A stretch of DNA of 64,000 nt from Mytilus californianus (lineage: Eukaryota): positions 15,996,001-16,060,000 of the forward strand of contig NW_026262690.1 of the NCBI RefSeq assembly GCF_021869535.1, written 5' to 3'. Positions within the stretch are counted from its first letter, which is position 1. Each line of letters begins with the position of its first letter. The position numbers and the translations under genes were made by a program. The notes under the pieces are model-generated. The model saw only the letters and a list, made by a program, of their open reading frames with translations, was not told where the DNA came from and did no database searches. Positions 1-13,306 of this stretch are shown piece after piece.

Positions 1-2149
1 TTCACTTCCAGTGTATATATAAAAGGGCCATTAAACTGACGTCATACTGATATGTAGTAACCGTTTTTAACCTTTTACAGACTTGAAGGATTGACTTTAT
101 TAATCTAAGCACTTTGCAAAAATTTTCTATAGGATTTTCCCACCTAATAGTCGATTTTGAGACTCTCCAGTTTTTTCACCACATAAATTGTACATGTTAA
201 ATGTTGCTTTGTACAGAATAAAAATCACTAATCTGGACCGTAAGCGGATTTTCAACCTTTAATTTGTTTATTTATTTTTTAATTAATTCAGCTGATTTGT
301 TTTCCGTTACTTTTCTTGGAGCCCAAATAATAAAGATACATTGTGTATAAATCCAGACTTGTATTGTAATCGGTAAAATCTTTATTATCTAAATAGATTT
401 CGATTATGACTGAGACAATCATTGATCTATGACAATCAGGCATTTACCTGGTGATTGTATGACCTACATGTATGCATGCTTAAATATTAACGGTATTAAG
501 GACGGACACTAAATATATCCAAACTCGTTTTAAACTAAGAGTCGATGTGACGTCATACATTTGAAAATGAACCACTGATACATTGTACACTATCTGTGAG
601 ATGTTTCCTCTATGCCATTAGTCTAACATTTGGATTAACAAACGAAATGGAAGACATGTTTTAAATTGATTGCTTATTAAATCCTTACACCCTTCAATAT
701 CTGCAATGAAAGACTAAGTAGATACTTGCAATTTAAATATTCTATCAATGCTTTGAATATTGTCGAACCCTATCTACGAGAGGTTAAATGTATAATTTAC
801 AGATCGACTATTATCATCGCGATCTCTGGTATCGACAAAACATGTACACTGATTGAAAACACTAACGTTGTACAGTTGTGAGGAACAGGCAGACAAAAAC
901 GATGACAGAAAAGACGAAAAGGGTTTTAATTTTAAAGACAAGAAGATAATTCCGTATCTAAAGTGAAGATAACGGATTTGAAGAACAAAAGCACGGAGAA
1001 GGAACGATATGCACTCTGAGAAACGAACAGTTGTGGTCTTTTGAAAATATAAAAGAAATATAGAATGGAAAGTTTGATTGCCGTGAACATTGGAATAGGA
1101 ATGAGCAAAACATCTTCCATCGATGAAGTGAGCACATTAAGGAATAACCGAACTAAATTTGTATACGGCTAGGGAGCGGTATATGTAGTACTGGAACTTT
1201 GTTATGTAGAGCATGCTTATTCATTAATCATTTAAACCATGTTAAGCGTCAAACGTAGTCTTTCCAAATTTTCCGGAAGTTTTGCGTTGATTGCTGAGTT
1301 AAAGAGCTTCGGTCCTTCTTGGAATATTGTTCAGAGGGTTATATATATGATTTCGAAACGTTGCTGTGATATTTGTTGAGAATGTAAAGACGTTGAATAT
1401 GTTGTCAAAGTGTTAACTGTTTTTTCATGCTGACTACCGGTATTAATCCGGTTTACTATTAGTTGAAACAGCTGTATTCAAATTTGGTTTTCTCGTTTTT
1501 CTTTTTGGTTGGTCCTCTACCGTTAAATTGTGGCTTGAGTTTTTTATATTTTGAAAGGTCTCACAGATGTCACTTTCAACGTTTTATTCATAGATGTGGA
1601 ACAAAAAGTATACCTTCTCCGAGTTTTGATATTCAAACAACTGATAATTATTGATTGGATCTAATTTCTTAAATCGTAGCCACAATGTACTTTCTAGTTC
1701 ACAACTGTAGTAATATAATCAACTTGACTTCTATGATCTTTAAATTGATTCTCTCAAAGACGTTTTCAATTTCAATTTTGAAGTATCCTTGGGTAATGCG
1801 GTATTCTTATCTGTCAGTATTCAATATTTGAGAGAGCGGTCAAACAATACTTCTCATACACGTTTGTACTCTTTGCTCTCAAAACTGTGTTCTGTTAGAT
1901 ATATTTCTTAGCCAAAACCAAATGTTTAAATTTAATGATCTTTAGAACTTTCGTCGGCTATATTTACCAATGGAGATATGTTTTCTGTAATGCAGAATGT
2001 ATATGTCTGTTGAAAAGTGTTGGGAGTATTTTAAAAGTAAAAACTTAAAGAATTAACTTTGTCCTTTACCATGTTAATCGTACTACTATGAGTGTCTTGT
2101 TTAAGAATTAGGAATAAATGAGCACTCATGTTATCCCACATACAAAAAC

Positions 2150-3693
2150 AGATCATTTGGCAAGAATGAGATTTTGGCGAATCACAATCCTTCATGAACA
2201 TTACATTGAACAGGAATCTGAGGAATTACCTTGTTTGCATTGGATACCTAAGCTTCAGAAAATTCGGTACACACAACGGAAAATTGCCGGCTCATCTGTA
2301 TGTTCTACAAAGGAACTGTCCATTAGATTGACAACATTTCAGTCCGCAGTGAAAGAAGGTCTTCAGAAATACTGTGAAACTGTTTACTCGTGTAATGGTA
2401 TTAACCATATGTGGATTCTAAAACAAATAGTCCACAATGCTTTCCAATATCAAATATTTTTATAACTATATATCAAGACTATAAATTTATTGCTTTGGGA
2501 TACCATACGACATATTTAGTTAATAGTGAACAAAAAGGTAAGTAATGCTACACCGAGGACCAAATGATCAGTTTCTTATTGACAACATATTTGTTGAATT
2601 TGGAGGTAGACTTTTTCAACAAATTGTCGGCATTCCTATGGGAACGAACTGTGCGCCTCTCCTTGCCGACCTCTTCTTGGGTTCTATTTATATATCCTCC
2701 AGAACTAGAAATTAAAGAAACAACAGACACGGCTTCCTCCACCTCATTTTTAGATTTATACTTCGAATTTGAAATAAGCGGTCATCTCAGAACCAGAATC
2801 TATGACAAACGAGACGATTTTGATTTAGAAATTATAAATTTTACACACCTCAGCAGCAATATACCAACTTCACCTGCATATAGGATATACATTTCCCAAC
2901 TCATTCGGTATTCGAGAGCTTACAACTGCTACTCAGACATTATAAAACGTCACCAGTGTCTGATCAAAAAGTTAATGAACCAGGGTTATGTCAAAGAACG
3001 TCTCGTCCTTTTTCTACAAAAGTTCATCGGAAGAGACCAAGACCTTGTTGATAAATATTCAGTATCAACTTCACATATAAAACATGATGGTCTCAAAGTA
3101 TAGAGTCTAGGTACTGACGTTGTTTATCATCTTAACTACGTGTTATAGTGTTCTTTTTATTTGTCTGTTTATTTTCAACCTTTACTGTTTAGTCCATTTT
3201 TGGTAACATCCTTATAGCTTGGCTCGGTATTTATACATCCCGCCATTGTGTTATTGTGCTTTGGTCATTTTTTGTATTCTTGTCGTTCATTTTTGCTTAT
3301 GTGCTTTGTCTATAGAGTGTCTATCTGCCATTTTGTTTTTCTTTGTTGACATAGTTGTTTGTTTTAATAGTGATTAAAATAATAACACAATGTTTACTGC
3401 TGTACGCCAATTTTTTTTACATTTTTATCTTTTATGTCTGTTTGTTTTGCTTACAAATTGCTGTCAATATAATGGAATTTTATGCGACTGTCATACAAGT
3501 GAGAGGTTTAGCTAGCTATAAAACCAGGTTTAATCCACCATTTTCTGCATATGAAAATGCCTGTACCAAGTCAGGAACATGACAGTTGTTTTCCATTCGT
3601 TTGATGAGTTTGAGCTTTGTTTTTTCCATTTATTAAGGGACTTTCCGTTTTGAATTTTCCTTGGAGTTCGGTATTTTTTTTATTTTACTTTTA
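2150..3693 (+). mobile_element. Naiad-type Penelope-like retroelement, subfamily 1; 5'-truncated and internally deleted RT plus 3' UTR
   Basis: ORFs 2118-2465 and 2564-3103 plus adjacent frames give LPCLHWIPKL, GIPMGTNCAP and IYDKRDDF...NIPTSPAYRIYISQLIRYSRA, all PLE RT motifs. The 3' UTR ends in ...ttccttggagttcggtatttt. Same subfamily as the copy at 52905-54530. Confidence 0.88.
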
Positions 3694-4176
3694 ACCACAT
3701 TCTGGAGTGCTCGGGAATTTGTTGTGGCCGTCATGGGCTGATCTGATAAGTTTAAACCGATCTGTTGTACCCGTATTCGATTTCACCTTTTAGTAAATGT
3801 GTGGACAGGACAAACTGCGAATGTATGTTTGTGATTCCTTGTTAAAATAGAAAAGGTAAAATCACTGAATAGCTGCAAAAGTAAACTTGATAATTTATTG
3901 TAGTAAAGATCCATACGACAAACTTGTGGCCGTGTAATATCAACCAAGATTAGGGCTTGATGTTGATGTCAATAAAAGTTTAAAAAAACTTATGTTTAGG
4001 GAAATACATCTATTTCAATGTAGAAGGTTAAATAATTATTTCGTCGTTGTTATTTCAAACTCTTTCCAAACTGTCGTTGTGTTTGTGATCTTTGTTGCTG
4101 CTGAAGTAGTCCTTGTAAAGTTGGACTAACAGTCTGTCTTGACTGGAAGCTTAGATTACTTCACATTTTAGAAAAA

Positions 4177-4270
4177 GTGTTCACATAACCGCCAGGAAAC
4201 ACTCTTATCTAGTAATCAAGTCGGTGTTCACATAGCCGTCAGGAAACACTCTTATCTAGTAATCAAGTCG
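4177..4270. repeat. 47-bp tandem duplication (2 copies)
   Basis: gtgttcacata(a/g)ccg(c/t)caggaaacactcttatctagtaatcaagtcg at 4177-4223 and 4224-4270. Confidence 0.95.
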
Positions 4271-4708
4271 ATATGTTTCTCAAATCATTCTATTATGGTC
4301 TAGAACTGGGGATCAGGGAGATGAGTCAAATCAGTATTGCAATACCACTGTTTAAGGAAGTTAACGTACTTCTCATCTGTGTTTTTGGAGCAGTGGATCT
4401 GTCCTACGGTAAATTCGGGTTTCTTCAAGAACAAATAAACAGCATAACAAGACAAAGTTTGATAAAAGATGGGAAGCAATTTTGTTAGTTGGAACATTCA
4501 TGCGGAGCTAGTGTACAGCCCTCGATATGTTCATATGATACATGTATGATCAAGGTTACACTTACAAAATTGGTAATTTTCGAGTGGCCAACAACTGCTT
4601 TATTATCATATACTTTTCATATCTCTGTGTTACTGTTAATGTTTTACTTCAATAATTTATGTCGCTGTAACAAATTATTATTGTTTGATAAGTAAAAATT
4701 CGTTTGCT

Positions 4709-6471
4709 TAGGTGAAAATATTCACCATTTGAATTAACCCAATGTGGAGATACTTCTTTCAGTGATTGGAATTTGACAATAAACCTTCTGAAGGTTGCAT
4801 TTCTGTAAATATTGACAATGCAATTTCCCATAGGAACTCCTTTTACGGCTAAAACTGTACCACTTTTACTATGAAGTTTTGAACAAAATCTTATCCTAGA
4901 ATTGAAAGTTCATATGCACTACAATTTTTTTCAAAGGTCAAAATATAGGGCTGTGCGGCATATTTTCAACGTTTATATGCCCTGAACTTTTCAGAGTTTA
5001 AACTAACACTAATTTTCTTAACTACCCCTACCTCGAATGAAGGGTTACCACAGATTTCAATGTAAACAATATGCACATGTATATTTACTGGTAACATTCC
5101 CAAGTTATGTCTCTATGAGATGGAACACAGAGAGCATAACTGGGAACCAGTATGTAAACAAAATTAATTTTCTATGAATATTCTAAATCTCCCCAAAAGA
5201 GGCGTGGTTTGAGAAACAGCTGTATTTATAAAGTGCAACCTATACAAACATTTATTCAAATAGAAAACTCTCTAAAATCAGTTTTTCTCACATTAATACT
5301 CATTTATCAGAATTATAGCCTGAAAGAAATCACTGTGTATACTCTAAGTTTTTTTTTACTGAACATTTTATACCCCTCCCCTGTTTCAATTTTTAATAGA
5401 ATTTGAAAACAAGACTTTAATTATTGCCAGCTTACCCTATTTGCATATTTTCTGATATAAAATGCCTAAAACCTGTTTAAAACTGTTTTGATAACATATT
5501 GAAAGCATATCAGAATACTATAAATGTTATGTTTAGCAGTCAATCATTACAACATTCAAGATTATATAAAATATCCAATCCTGCCTCTGTCTCCAGTCCA
5601 CAACTTACTGTATGCCTATTTGTCAATTAAAGTTCACATTTTTCTACCTCAAATGGTCAATTTAGAATTCTTGTCACAACGGTATCATCTGTAACCATAT
5701 ATCTGACACAATTTACCTAATAAATATACTAGAAGTGTTCAAACAAAGCCATATTTGCAATAGTTGTATGTATGCAGATACCAGTCTGAGATATAAATTC
5801 ACTTAAAATGTTATAGAGATGACTGCTAACATCTAATTTTTGCATAACTTCCAAGCATAGTTATTGTTTTCTATATCAAGAACTTAAAAATCATAAAATC
5901 ATAGCATTTACAAGTTAAATTATCTGTTTTATGACCCAGGGGGTAGGCAATTTTCTCTTGTTTTTGCCCCTGGGGCCTCAAATTTCCTAAATTATTCTGC
6001 TGTTTCTAGCAATTTGGAATATTTAGTACATATTCAGGATAGAACACACTATTTAAGTTTTGTTGAGATATTTTTGTATTTCTAGCTTGTATTTTTTATG
6101 CCGTGGTGACAAAAAAGCAGATTTAGGTGTTACGGCTTACTTTTGGGTTAATGACAGGACACAAACATCCCATAAATAATATTCAGGAAGGATCGATGAG
6201 TTTCAATGACTGCGAAGAGTAAATATAAGCACTTCTCAACAATTTAACTTACAAACATGCAAATATTATGAATTAATTTTGTATTCAGGACTTTAAGTAA
6301 ACTATGCATACTGTAAACTGTGAATTTATGCTGAGTCATCATATCTAAGGCCCAGGATTCTATCAATCTTCATGAAATATTTATAAAACTTCATATTTGA
6401 GTTAATTTCTTTAAAATCTGTGAGATAAAGCAAATTTGGTTAAATTCTGAATGTTTTCTTTTTTCACCCTA
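4709..6471. mobile_element. Non-autonomous DNA transposon with imperfect ~40-bp TIRs starting TAGG(G)TGAAAA (possibly Academ-like)
   Basis: Left end taggtgaaaatattcaccatttgaattaacccaatg matches the reverse complement of the right end caaatttggttaaattctgaatgttttcttttttcacccta. No ORF. The superfamily call rests only on the TAG..CTA termini. Confidence 0.6.
4792..5241. mobile_element. 450-bp MITE with AGGTTGCA...TGCAACCT TIRs, copy 1 (nested in the 4709-6471 element)
   Basis: Starts aggttgcattt, ends aaagtgcaacct; near-identical to 6475-6924. Confidence 0.85.
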
Positions 6472-6474
6472 TAT

Positions 6475-6924
6475 AGGTTGCATTTCTGTAAATATTGACA
6501 ATGCAATTTCCCATAGGAACTCCTTTTACGGCTAAAACTGTACCACTTTTACTATGAAGTTTTGAACAAAATCTTATCCTAGAATTGAAAGTTCATATGC
6601 ACTACAATTTTTTTCAAAGGTCAAAATATAGGGCTGTGCGGCATATTTTCAACGTTTATATGCCCTGAACTTTTCAGAGTTTAAACTAACACTAATTTTC
6701 TTAACTACCCCTACCTCGAATGAAGGGTTACCACAGATTTCAATGTAAACAATATGCACATGTATATTTACTGGTAACATTCCTAAGTTATGTCTCTATG
6801 AGATGGAACACAGAGAGCATAACTGGGAACCAGTATGTAAACAAAATTAATTTTCTATGAATATTCTAAATCTCCCCAAAAGAGGCGTGGTTTGAGAAAC
6901 AGCTGTATTTACAAAGTGCAACCT
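6475..6924. mobile_element. 450-bp MITE with AGGTTGCA TIRs, copy 2
   Basis: Direct repeat of 4792-5241; only two substitutions noticed by eye. Confidence 0.85.
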
Positions 6925-7924
6925 GAAATCTGTTTTTGTGTTAGGCACATCATTATATTAAGGCTTGTATTTCCTCTTTCTAAATTAATTTGGCGAGATG
7001 TTTGGTCCCAACAATCTTAGATCAGACCATTCAACCTATGCCAACATTTTACGATTTCTGTGTAAAAATATTGGAAATGCACGCTTGGTCTTATTTATCG
7101 ACTAAAACTCTTTAATTTGATTTATAACATACAAAGTATCTACCAGAATTACAAGTTCCTAAGTTTACAATAAGCAATTCATTTAAACGTAATAAAGTAT
7201 CACATTGCATGCGTAGTTAAGAACCTACGCAATCTAATTAACCTTCGATGTGACTTCCAAAGACTGCCGATGAAAACATAATTTAAAATATAATTATAAA
7301 CAGTCCAATGAGGTGAGTTAGAAGAATGACGATTAAATAGGTCTTTTTTTAAATTTCAAAGCATAGATTCTAAAAGTATGTTAATCATCATTTTGCCTGT
7401 ATATGAAATATTTTTTTATGGCTGAGTCCGTCTACGAAATGGTCCTGGTTTCTCCCTTGTTACACTTTTTAATGTTGACATTATTTTATTTTGTTTTTTA
7501 ATAACATAATGAGCACATGCACAACCAGTTTGCAACTATCAAATTAAAGGTTGCATGCATACGGACTCAAATGAGGTCGAATTATTATCTTGCAAGACAA
7601 TTATATATCAGTGATAAAAAAAAAAGAACCATACTGGCTGATAATAGTGAAGTATTATTTAAATATTCCGCTTTTATTAATGTAATCGTGCTTTCAGTGT
7701 TCATTTAAACCGTGCCTAATGCCCTTCTTATATTGGATATGCAATAAATAATATTACATGTATAATAACATGTTCTTGTGTTATGTATCCCTTCTGTTCG
7801 CCAGATAATGTCGTTACTAACCACGGGATGTTGACATGGAATATTGAGCAAGAATGACCAACGTTCAGGAAAACATGGCTGAGTTTAATATACAAAAAAA
7901 GCATATCCTCTTGGTTGTTCTCAA

Positions 7925-8585
7925 ATATTGGTTCTGGTCCTGAATTTCAAGCTTACAACCTTTAATTTCAAACCTTTAATCTTGTGATACTGCCTGATAT
8001 CAACTGTAAGCTGATTTCCATTTATGGTATTAAATTACAAGTTTTTTTCTTTTCAATTATTATAATGGTTTTCAAATAACCGAATGTTCATGTAAGTTGT
8101 AGCATGTTATTTGATAATTACTACTACATCAATAAAAAAAATTACGATTCGATGGCAATTGAAGAATTGTCCATTGAAATGAGCATTAAACGAATCAGCT
8201 CTATAAGTGGTTCTTCTGCTTTCTGACAATGTTTTTTTTCCAAATAATACGACTGCTTATACGTGTAATCATCTGAAGGACGTAGTCGGTAAATTTCTCA
8301 CATCTCTTATCTTGTGGTGTCACACTGAACACATCTTCTTCAAAGGTCTTCACTATCTCTTAAAAAGGTAAGCTGAAATAATATGCCAATCATTTGCCGA
8401 TATCAGATTGGGTATTGTATTGTTCATCGCGTTATCCAATGCGATGTATTTTGCGCCACCAGGTTGGTAACAAGCATAAACAACATCCTTTAATCATTAC
8501 ATTCGGAACAATTGCTTTAACAAACTTATTGACAGGCCATTCAACTCTGCATGAAAGATTTTGAATGAAAGGTTGCCAGTCTCAG
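7925..8585 (-). pseudogene. Degraded MULE (Mutator-like) DDE transposase, C-terminal half
   Basis: Minus-strand translation across stops and frameshifts: ...KAIVPNVMIKGCCLCLLPTWWRKIHRIG*RDEQYNTQSDIGK*LAYYFSLPF...EDVFSVTPQDKRCEKFTDYVL...RTTYRADSFNAHFNGQFF. This matches the MULE pattern GCxFHxxQAWWRKIQxxG...KFxDYV...RTxNxxESFHxHFN. Confidence 0.8.
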
Positions 8586-11500
8586 ATAAAACGGCTGTGA
8601 TGTTTTTCCAAATGATTTTATAGAGGCCTATCTCGGAACAAACGGTTATAATGTGTGTCCACATGATTTTGTAGAGGCCTATCTCAAAACACACGGCTTT
8701 AATGTGTGTCAACATAATTCTATAGAGGCCTATCTCGGACCAAACGGTTATGTTGTGTGTCCACATGATTCTATAGAGGCCTATCTCGGAACACACGGCT
8801 TTAATATGTGTCCATATGATTTTATAGAGGCTTATCTCGGAACAAACGGTTATAATCTGTGTCCACATGATTCTATAGAGGCCTTTCTTGGAACAAACGG
8901 TTATAATGTGTGTCAACATGATTCTATAGAGGACTATCTCGGAACAAAAGGTTATAATGTGTGTCCACATGATTCTATAGAGACCTATCTCTGAACAAAC
9001 GGTTATAAAGTGTGTTCACATGATTCTATAGATGCCTATCTCAGAAGACGCAGTCTTAATGTGTGTCCACACGACTTTATAGAGGCCTATCTTGGAACAA
9101 ACGGTTATAACGTGTGTCCACATGATTCTATACAGGACTTTCTCAGAAAATACTAGTTTAATGTGTGTCCACATGATTTTATAGAGGCATATCTCTGAAC
9201 AAACGGTTATTATGTGTGTCCATATGATTCTAGAGGCCTATTGCGGAACACACAACTTAATTGTGTGTCCACATGATTTTAAAGAGGTCTATCTCGGAAA
9301 AAACGGTTATTATGTGTGTCCACATGATTCTATAGAGGCCTATCTCGGAACAAACGGTAATAATGTGTGTCTACATGATTCTAAAGAAAACTATCTCGGA
9401 ACAAACGGTAATAACGTGTGTCCACATGCTTTTATAGAAACCTATCTCAGAACAAATGGTTATAATGTGTGTTCACATGATTCTATAGATGCCTATCTCA
9501 GAACACACGGCCTTAATGTGTGTCCAAACGATTTTATAGAGGCTTATCTAGGAACAAACGGTTATAATGTGTGTCCACATGATTCAATAGAGGCCTATCT
9601 CAGAACACACGGCTTTAATGTGTGTCCACATGATTTTATAGATGCCTATCTTGGAACGAACAGTAATATTGTGTGTCCACATGATTTTATAGAGACCTAT
9701 CTCAGAACACACGGTTTTAATGTGTGTCCAAATGATTATATAGAGACCTATCTCGGAACAAACTGTTGTAATGTGTGTACACATGATTCTATAGAAGCCT
9801 ATCTCGGGACAAAAGGCTTTAATGTGTGTCCAAATTATTTTATAGAGGTCTATCTCGGAACAAACAGTTATAATGTGTGTTCACATGATTTTATAGAGGC
9901 CTATCTCAGAACAAACGGTTATAATGTGTGTCCACATGATTATATATAGACCTATCTCGGAACACATGGCTTCAATGTGTGTCCACATGATTTTATAGAG
10001 GCCTATCTCGGAACAAAGGGTAATAATGTATGTCTACGTGATTTTATAGAGGCCTATCTCGGAACACACAGCTTTAATGTGTGTCCACATGATTTTATAG
10101 AGGCCTATCTAGAAACAAACGGTTATATTGCGTGTCCACATGATTCTATAGAGGATTATCTCTGAACAAACGGTTATGATGTGTGTTCACATGATTCTAT
10201 AGAAGCCTATCTCGGAACAAACGGTGAATATGTGTGTCAATATATTTTCATAGAGACCTATCTCGGAACACACGGTTATTATGTGTGTCCACATGATTTT
10301 ATATAGGCCTATCTCTGAGCAAACGGTTATTATGTGTGTCCACATGATTTTATAGATGCCTATGTCGGAACACACGGGTAAAATGTGTGTCCACATGATT
10401 TTATAGATGCCTATGTCGGAACACACGGGTAAAATGTGTGTCCACATGATTTTATAGAGGCCTATCATGAAAAAAACGGTTATAATGTGGTGTGTCCATA
10501 TGATTCTATAGAAGCCTATCTCGGAACAAACGGTAAATATCTGTGTCCATATGATTTTATAAAGGCTTATCTCGGAACCAACGGTTATAACGTGTGTCCA
10601 CATGTTTCTTTAGAGCCCTATCTGGAACACACGGATTTAATGTGTGCCCACATAGTTTTATAGAGGCCTATCTTGGAACAAACGGTTATAATGTGTGTCC
10701 ACATGATTCTATAGAGGCCTATCTCGGAACACACGGCTTTTATGTGTGTCCACATAATTTTATGGTAGCCTATCTCGGAACAAACGGTTATAATGAGTGT
10801 CCACATGATTTTACAGAGGCCTATCTCGAAACAAACGGTTATAATGTGTGTTCACATGATTCTATAGAAGCCTATTTCGGAACAAACGGCTTTAATGTGT
10901 GTCGACATGATTTTTTAAATGCCTATGTCGGAACAAACGGTTATAATGTGTGTTCACATGATTCTATAGAAGCCTATCTCGGAACAAACGGCTTTCATGT
11001 GTGTCCACATGATTTTATAGAGGCCTATTTATTGACTGGCCATTCAAAATCTGCATGAAAGATTTTGAAAGAAAGTTTGCCAGTCTCAGAACAAACGGCT
11101 ATGATGTTTTTCAACATGATTTTTAAAGAGGCCTTTGTCAGAACAAACGGTTATAATGTGTGTCCACGTGATTCTATAGAGGCCTATCTCGGAAGATACG
11201 GCTTTAATGTGTGTCCACATGATTCTTTAGAAGCCTATCTCGGAACAAACGCATTTAATGTGTGTCCACATTATTTTATAGAGGCCTATCTAGAAACAAA
11301 CGGTTATATTGCGTGTCCACATGATTCTATAGAGGCTTATCTCTGAACAAACGGTTATAATGTGTGTTCACATGATTTTATAGAGGCCTATCTCGGAACA
11401 AACGGTTACAATGTGTGTCCATATGATTTTATAGAGGCCCATCTTGGAACAAACGGTTATGATGTATGTTCACATGATTCTATAGAAGCCTATCTCGGAA

Positions 11501-12597
11501 CAAACGGTGAATATGTGTGTCAATATTATTTCATAGAGACCTATCTCGGAACACACGGTTATTATGTGTGTCCACATGATTTTATATAGGCCTATCTCTG
11601 AACAAACGGTTATTATGTGTGTCCACATGATTTTATAGAGGCCTATGTCGGAACACACGGGTTAAATGTGTGTCAACATGATTTTATAGAGGCCTATCTC
11701 GGAACAAACGGTTATAATGTGTGTGCATATGATTCTACAGAAGCCTATCTCGGAACAAACAGTAAATATCTGTGTCCATATGATTTTATAAAGGCTTATC
11801 TCGGAACCAACGGTTATAACGTGTGTCCACATGTTTCTTTAGGGCCCTATCTGGAACACACGGATTTACTGTGTGCCCACATAATTTTATAGAGGCCTAT
11901 CTTGGAACAAACGGTTATAATGTGTGTCCACATGATTCTATAGAGGCCTATCTCGGAACACACGGCTTTTATGTGTGTCCACATAATTTTATAGAGGCCT
12001 ATCTCGGAACAAACGGTTATAATGAGTGTCCACATGATTTTACAGAGGCCTATCTCGAAACAAACGGTTATAATGTGTGTTCACATGATTCTATAGAAGC
12101 CTATCTCGGAACAAACGGCTTTAATGTGTGTCGACATGATTTTTTAAATGCCTATGTCGGAACAAACGGTTTTAATGTGTGTTCACATGATTCTATAGAA
12201 GCCTATCTCGGAACAAACGGCTTTCATGTGTGTCCACATGATGTTATAGAGGCCTATTAATTGACTGGCCATTCAAAGTCTGCATGAAAGATTTTGAAAG
12301 AAAGTTTGCCAGTCTCAGAACAAACGGCTATGATGTTTTTCAACATGATTTTATACAGGCCTATGTCAGAACAAACGGTTATAATGTGTGTCTACGTGAT
12401 TCTATAGAGGCCTATCTCGGAACACACGGCTTTAATGTGTGTCCACATGATTCTATAGAAGCCTATCTCGGAACACACGGCTTTAATGTGTGTCCACATG
12501 ATTCTATAGAAGCCTATCTCGGAACAAACGCATTTAATTAGTGTCCACATGATTTTATAGAGGCCTATCTAGAAACAAACGGTTATATTGCGTGTCC
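8586..12597. repeat. 51-bp minisatellite array (~75-80 units) with a ~1.2-kb higher-order duplication
   Basis: Consensus aatgtgtgtccacatgattttatagaggcctatctcggaacaaacggttat. A 51-bp period explains the 17-aa repeat ORFs on both strands. Paired ORFs are offset by 1229 bp (10594/11823, 10618/11847). One further partial unit lies at ~13307-13340. Confidence 0.97.
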
Positions 12598-13179
12598 GGT
12601 TATATTTTATACCCTCCGGAAGTGACGTATTTTGGAAATTCTGGGAAACCATTTTGAAATTGAAGTAAATATTTGCTCACCTCAAATGGAATCGTATCTT
12701 ATTTTATCATTTCTTTTGGATATTTCTGGAAATATTTTGCATCAATAAGCACAAAAAAGGTAAGACTTTCATGCCAAAATTCGGTCTCAAAGTTCCCCCC
12801 AAAATTCACTCTCAAAGTCCAGACGTAAAAAATGGCTTCAGCGTTATGACGTTGTAGGAAGGCGTCACAGAAAAAAATTAAAATAGCCTTGCAAGACGTC
12901 ATAATTATTTGGACTAATTAGGTATGAAACACATACATACACTAATATTATTTTTTTTCTTTCATTTGACCTGATTGTACTCAAAATCGTCTATCCATAA
13001 TTAATTTTTCAATTATTATTCTATATTAAAGAATCCAACATGTTTGTAAAGTCGTGTGCATGTGAGTAAGAACGAGCGAGTGATTGGATGGGTGTGTCGT
13101 CAAATTACATTCGTATGTCTCGTCTTGTACATATTGTCTTGTCTTGTACATGTTGTCTTGTCTTGTGTTAAACATGACA

Positions 13180-13306
13180 TTGTTAACTTTGTAAACTAAA
13201 AAAATCTTTGTTAATTGTGAATCTGTATATATCTATGTTGAGGAGACCCACACGTAGCCTCTGGCTGTTGGCAATCCTCTTTAAATAAATAAAGAATTAA
13301 ATTAAA
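13180..13306 (+). mobile_element. Probable LINE 3' tail inserted near the end of the 51-bp array
   Basis: gaggagacccacacgtagcctctggctgttggcaatcctctttaaataaataaagaattaaattaaa has a polyA-signal/AT-rich tail; the satellite resumes immediately after it. Confidence 0.4.

Noticed and set aside
850-2010. Coding-like, stop-riddled minus-strand sequence including ORF 932-1135
   Set aside because: No recognisable motif; cannot be distinguished from decayed TE or chance.
3104-3200. SECIS search in the subfamily 1 and subfamily 3 3' UTRs
   Set aside because: TGA...AAA-like spacing appears in the minus-strand subfamily 1 copy (~53480-53500), but there is no 3' GA core or helix II pairing; none is seen in subfamily 3.
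4300-4497. HCSKNTDEKYVNFLKQWYC resembling a degenerate B-box (TRIM remnant)
   Set aside because: Key Cys/His ligands are missing and no supporting domains were recognised.
8497-12541. Many ORFs with CPHDFIEAYLGTNGYNV or MWTHIITVCSEIGLYKI repeats suggesting a repetitive Cys/His/Tyr-rich protein
   Set aside because: A 51-bp unit is a multiple of 3, both strands give ORFs, and stops and frameshifts are frequent, as expected for a non-coding minisatellite.
12616-12629. CCGGAAGTGACGT ETS-CRE composite promoter motif
   Set aside because: It lies in an insertion within the satellite edge with no linked gene; a single short motif is not sufficient evidence.
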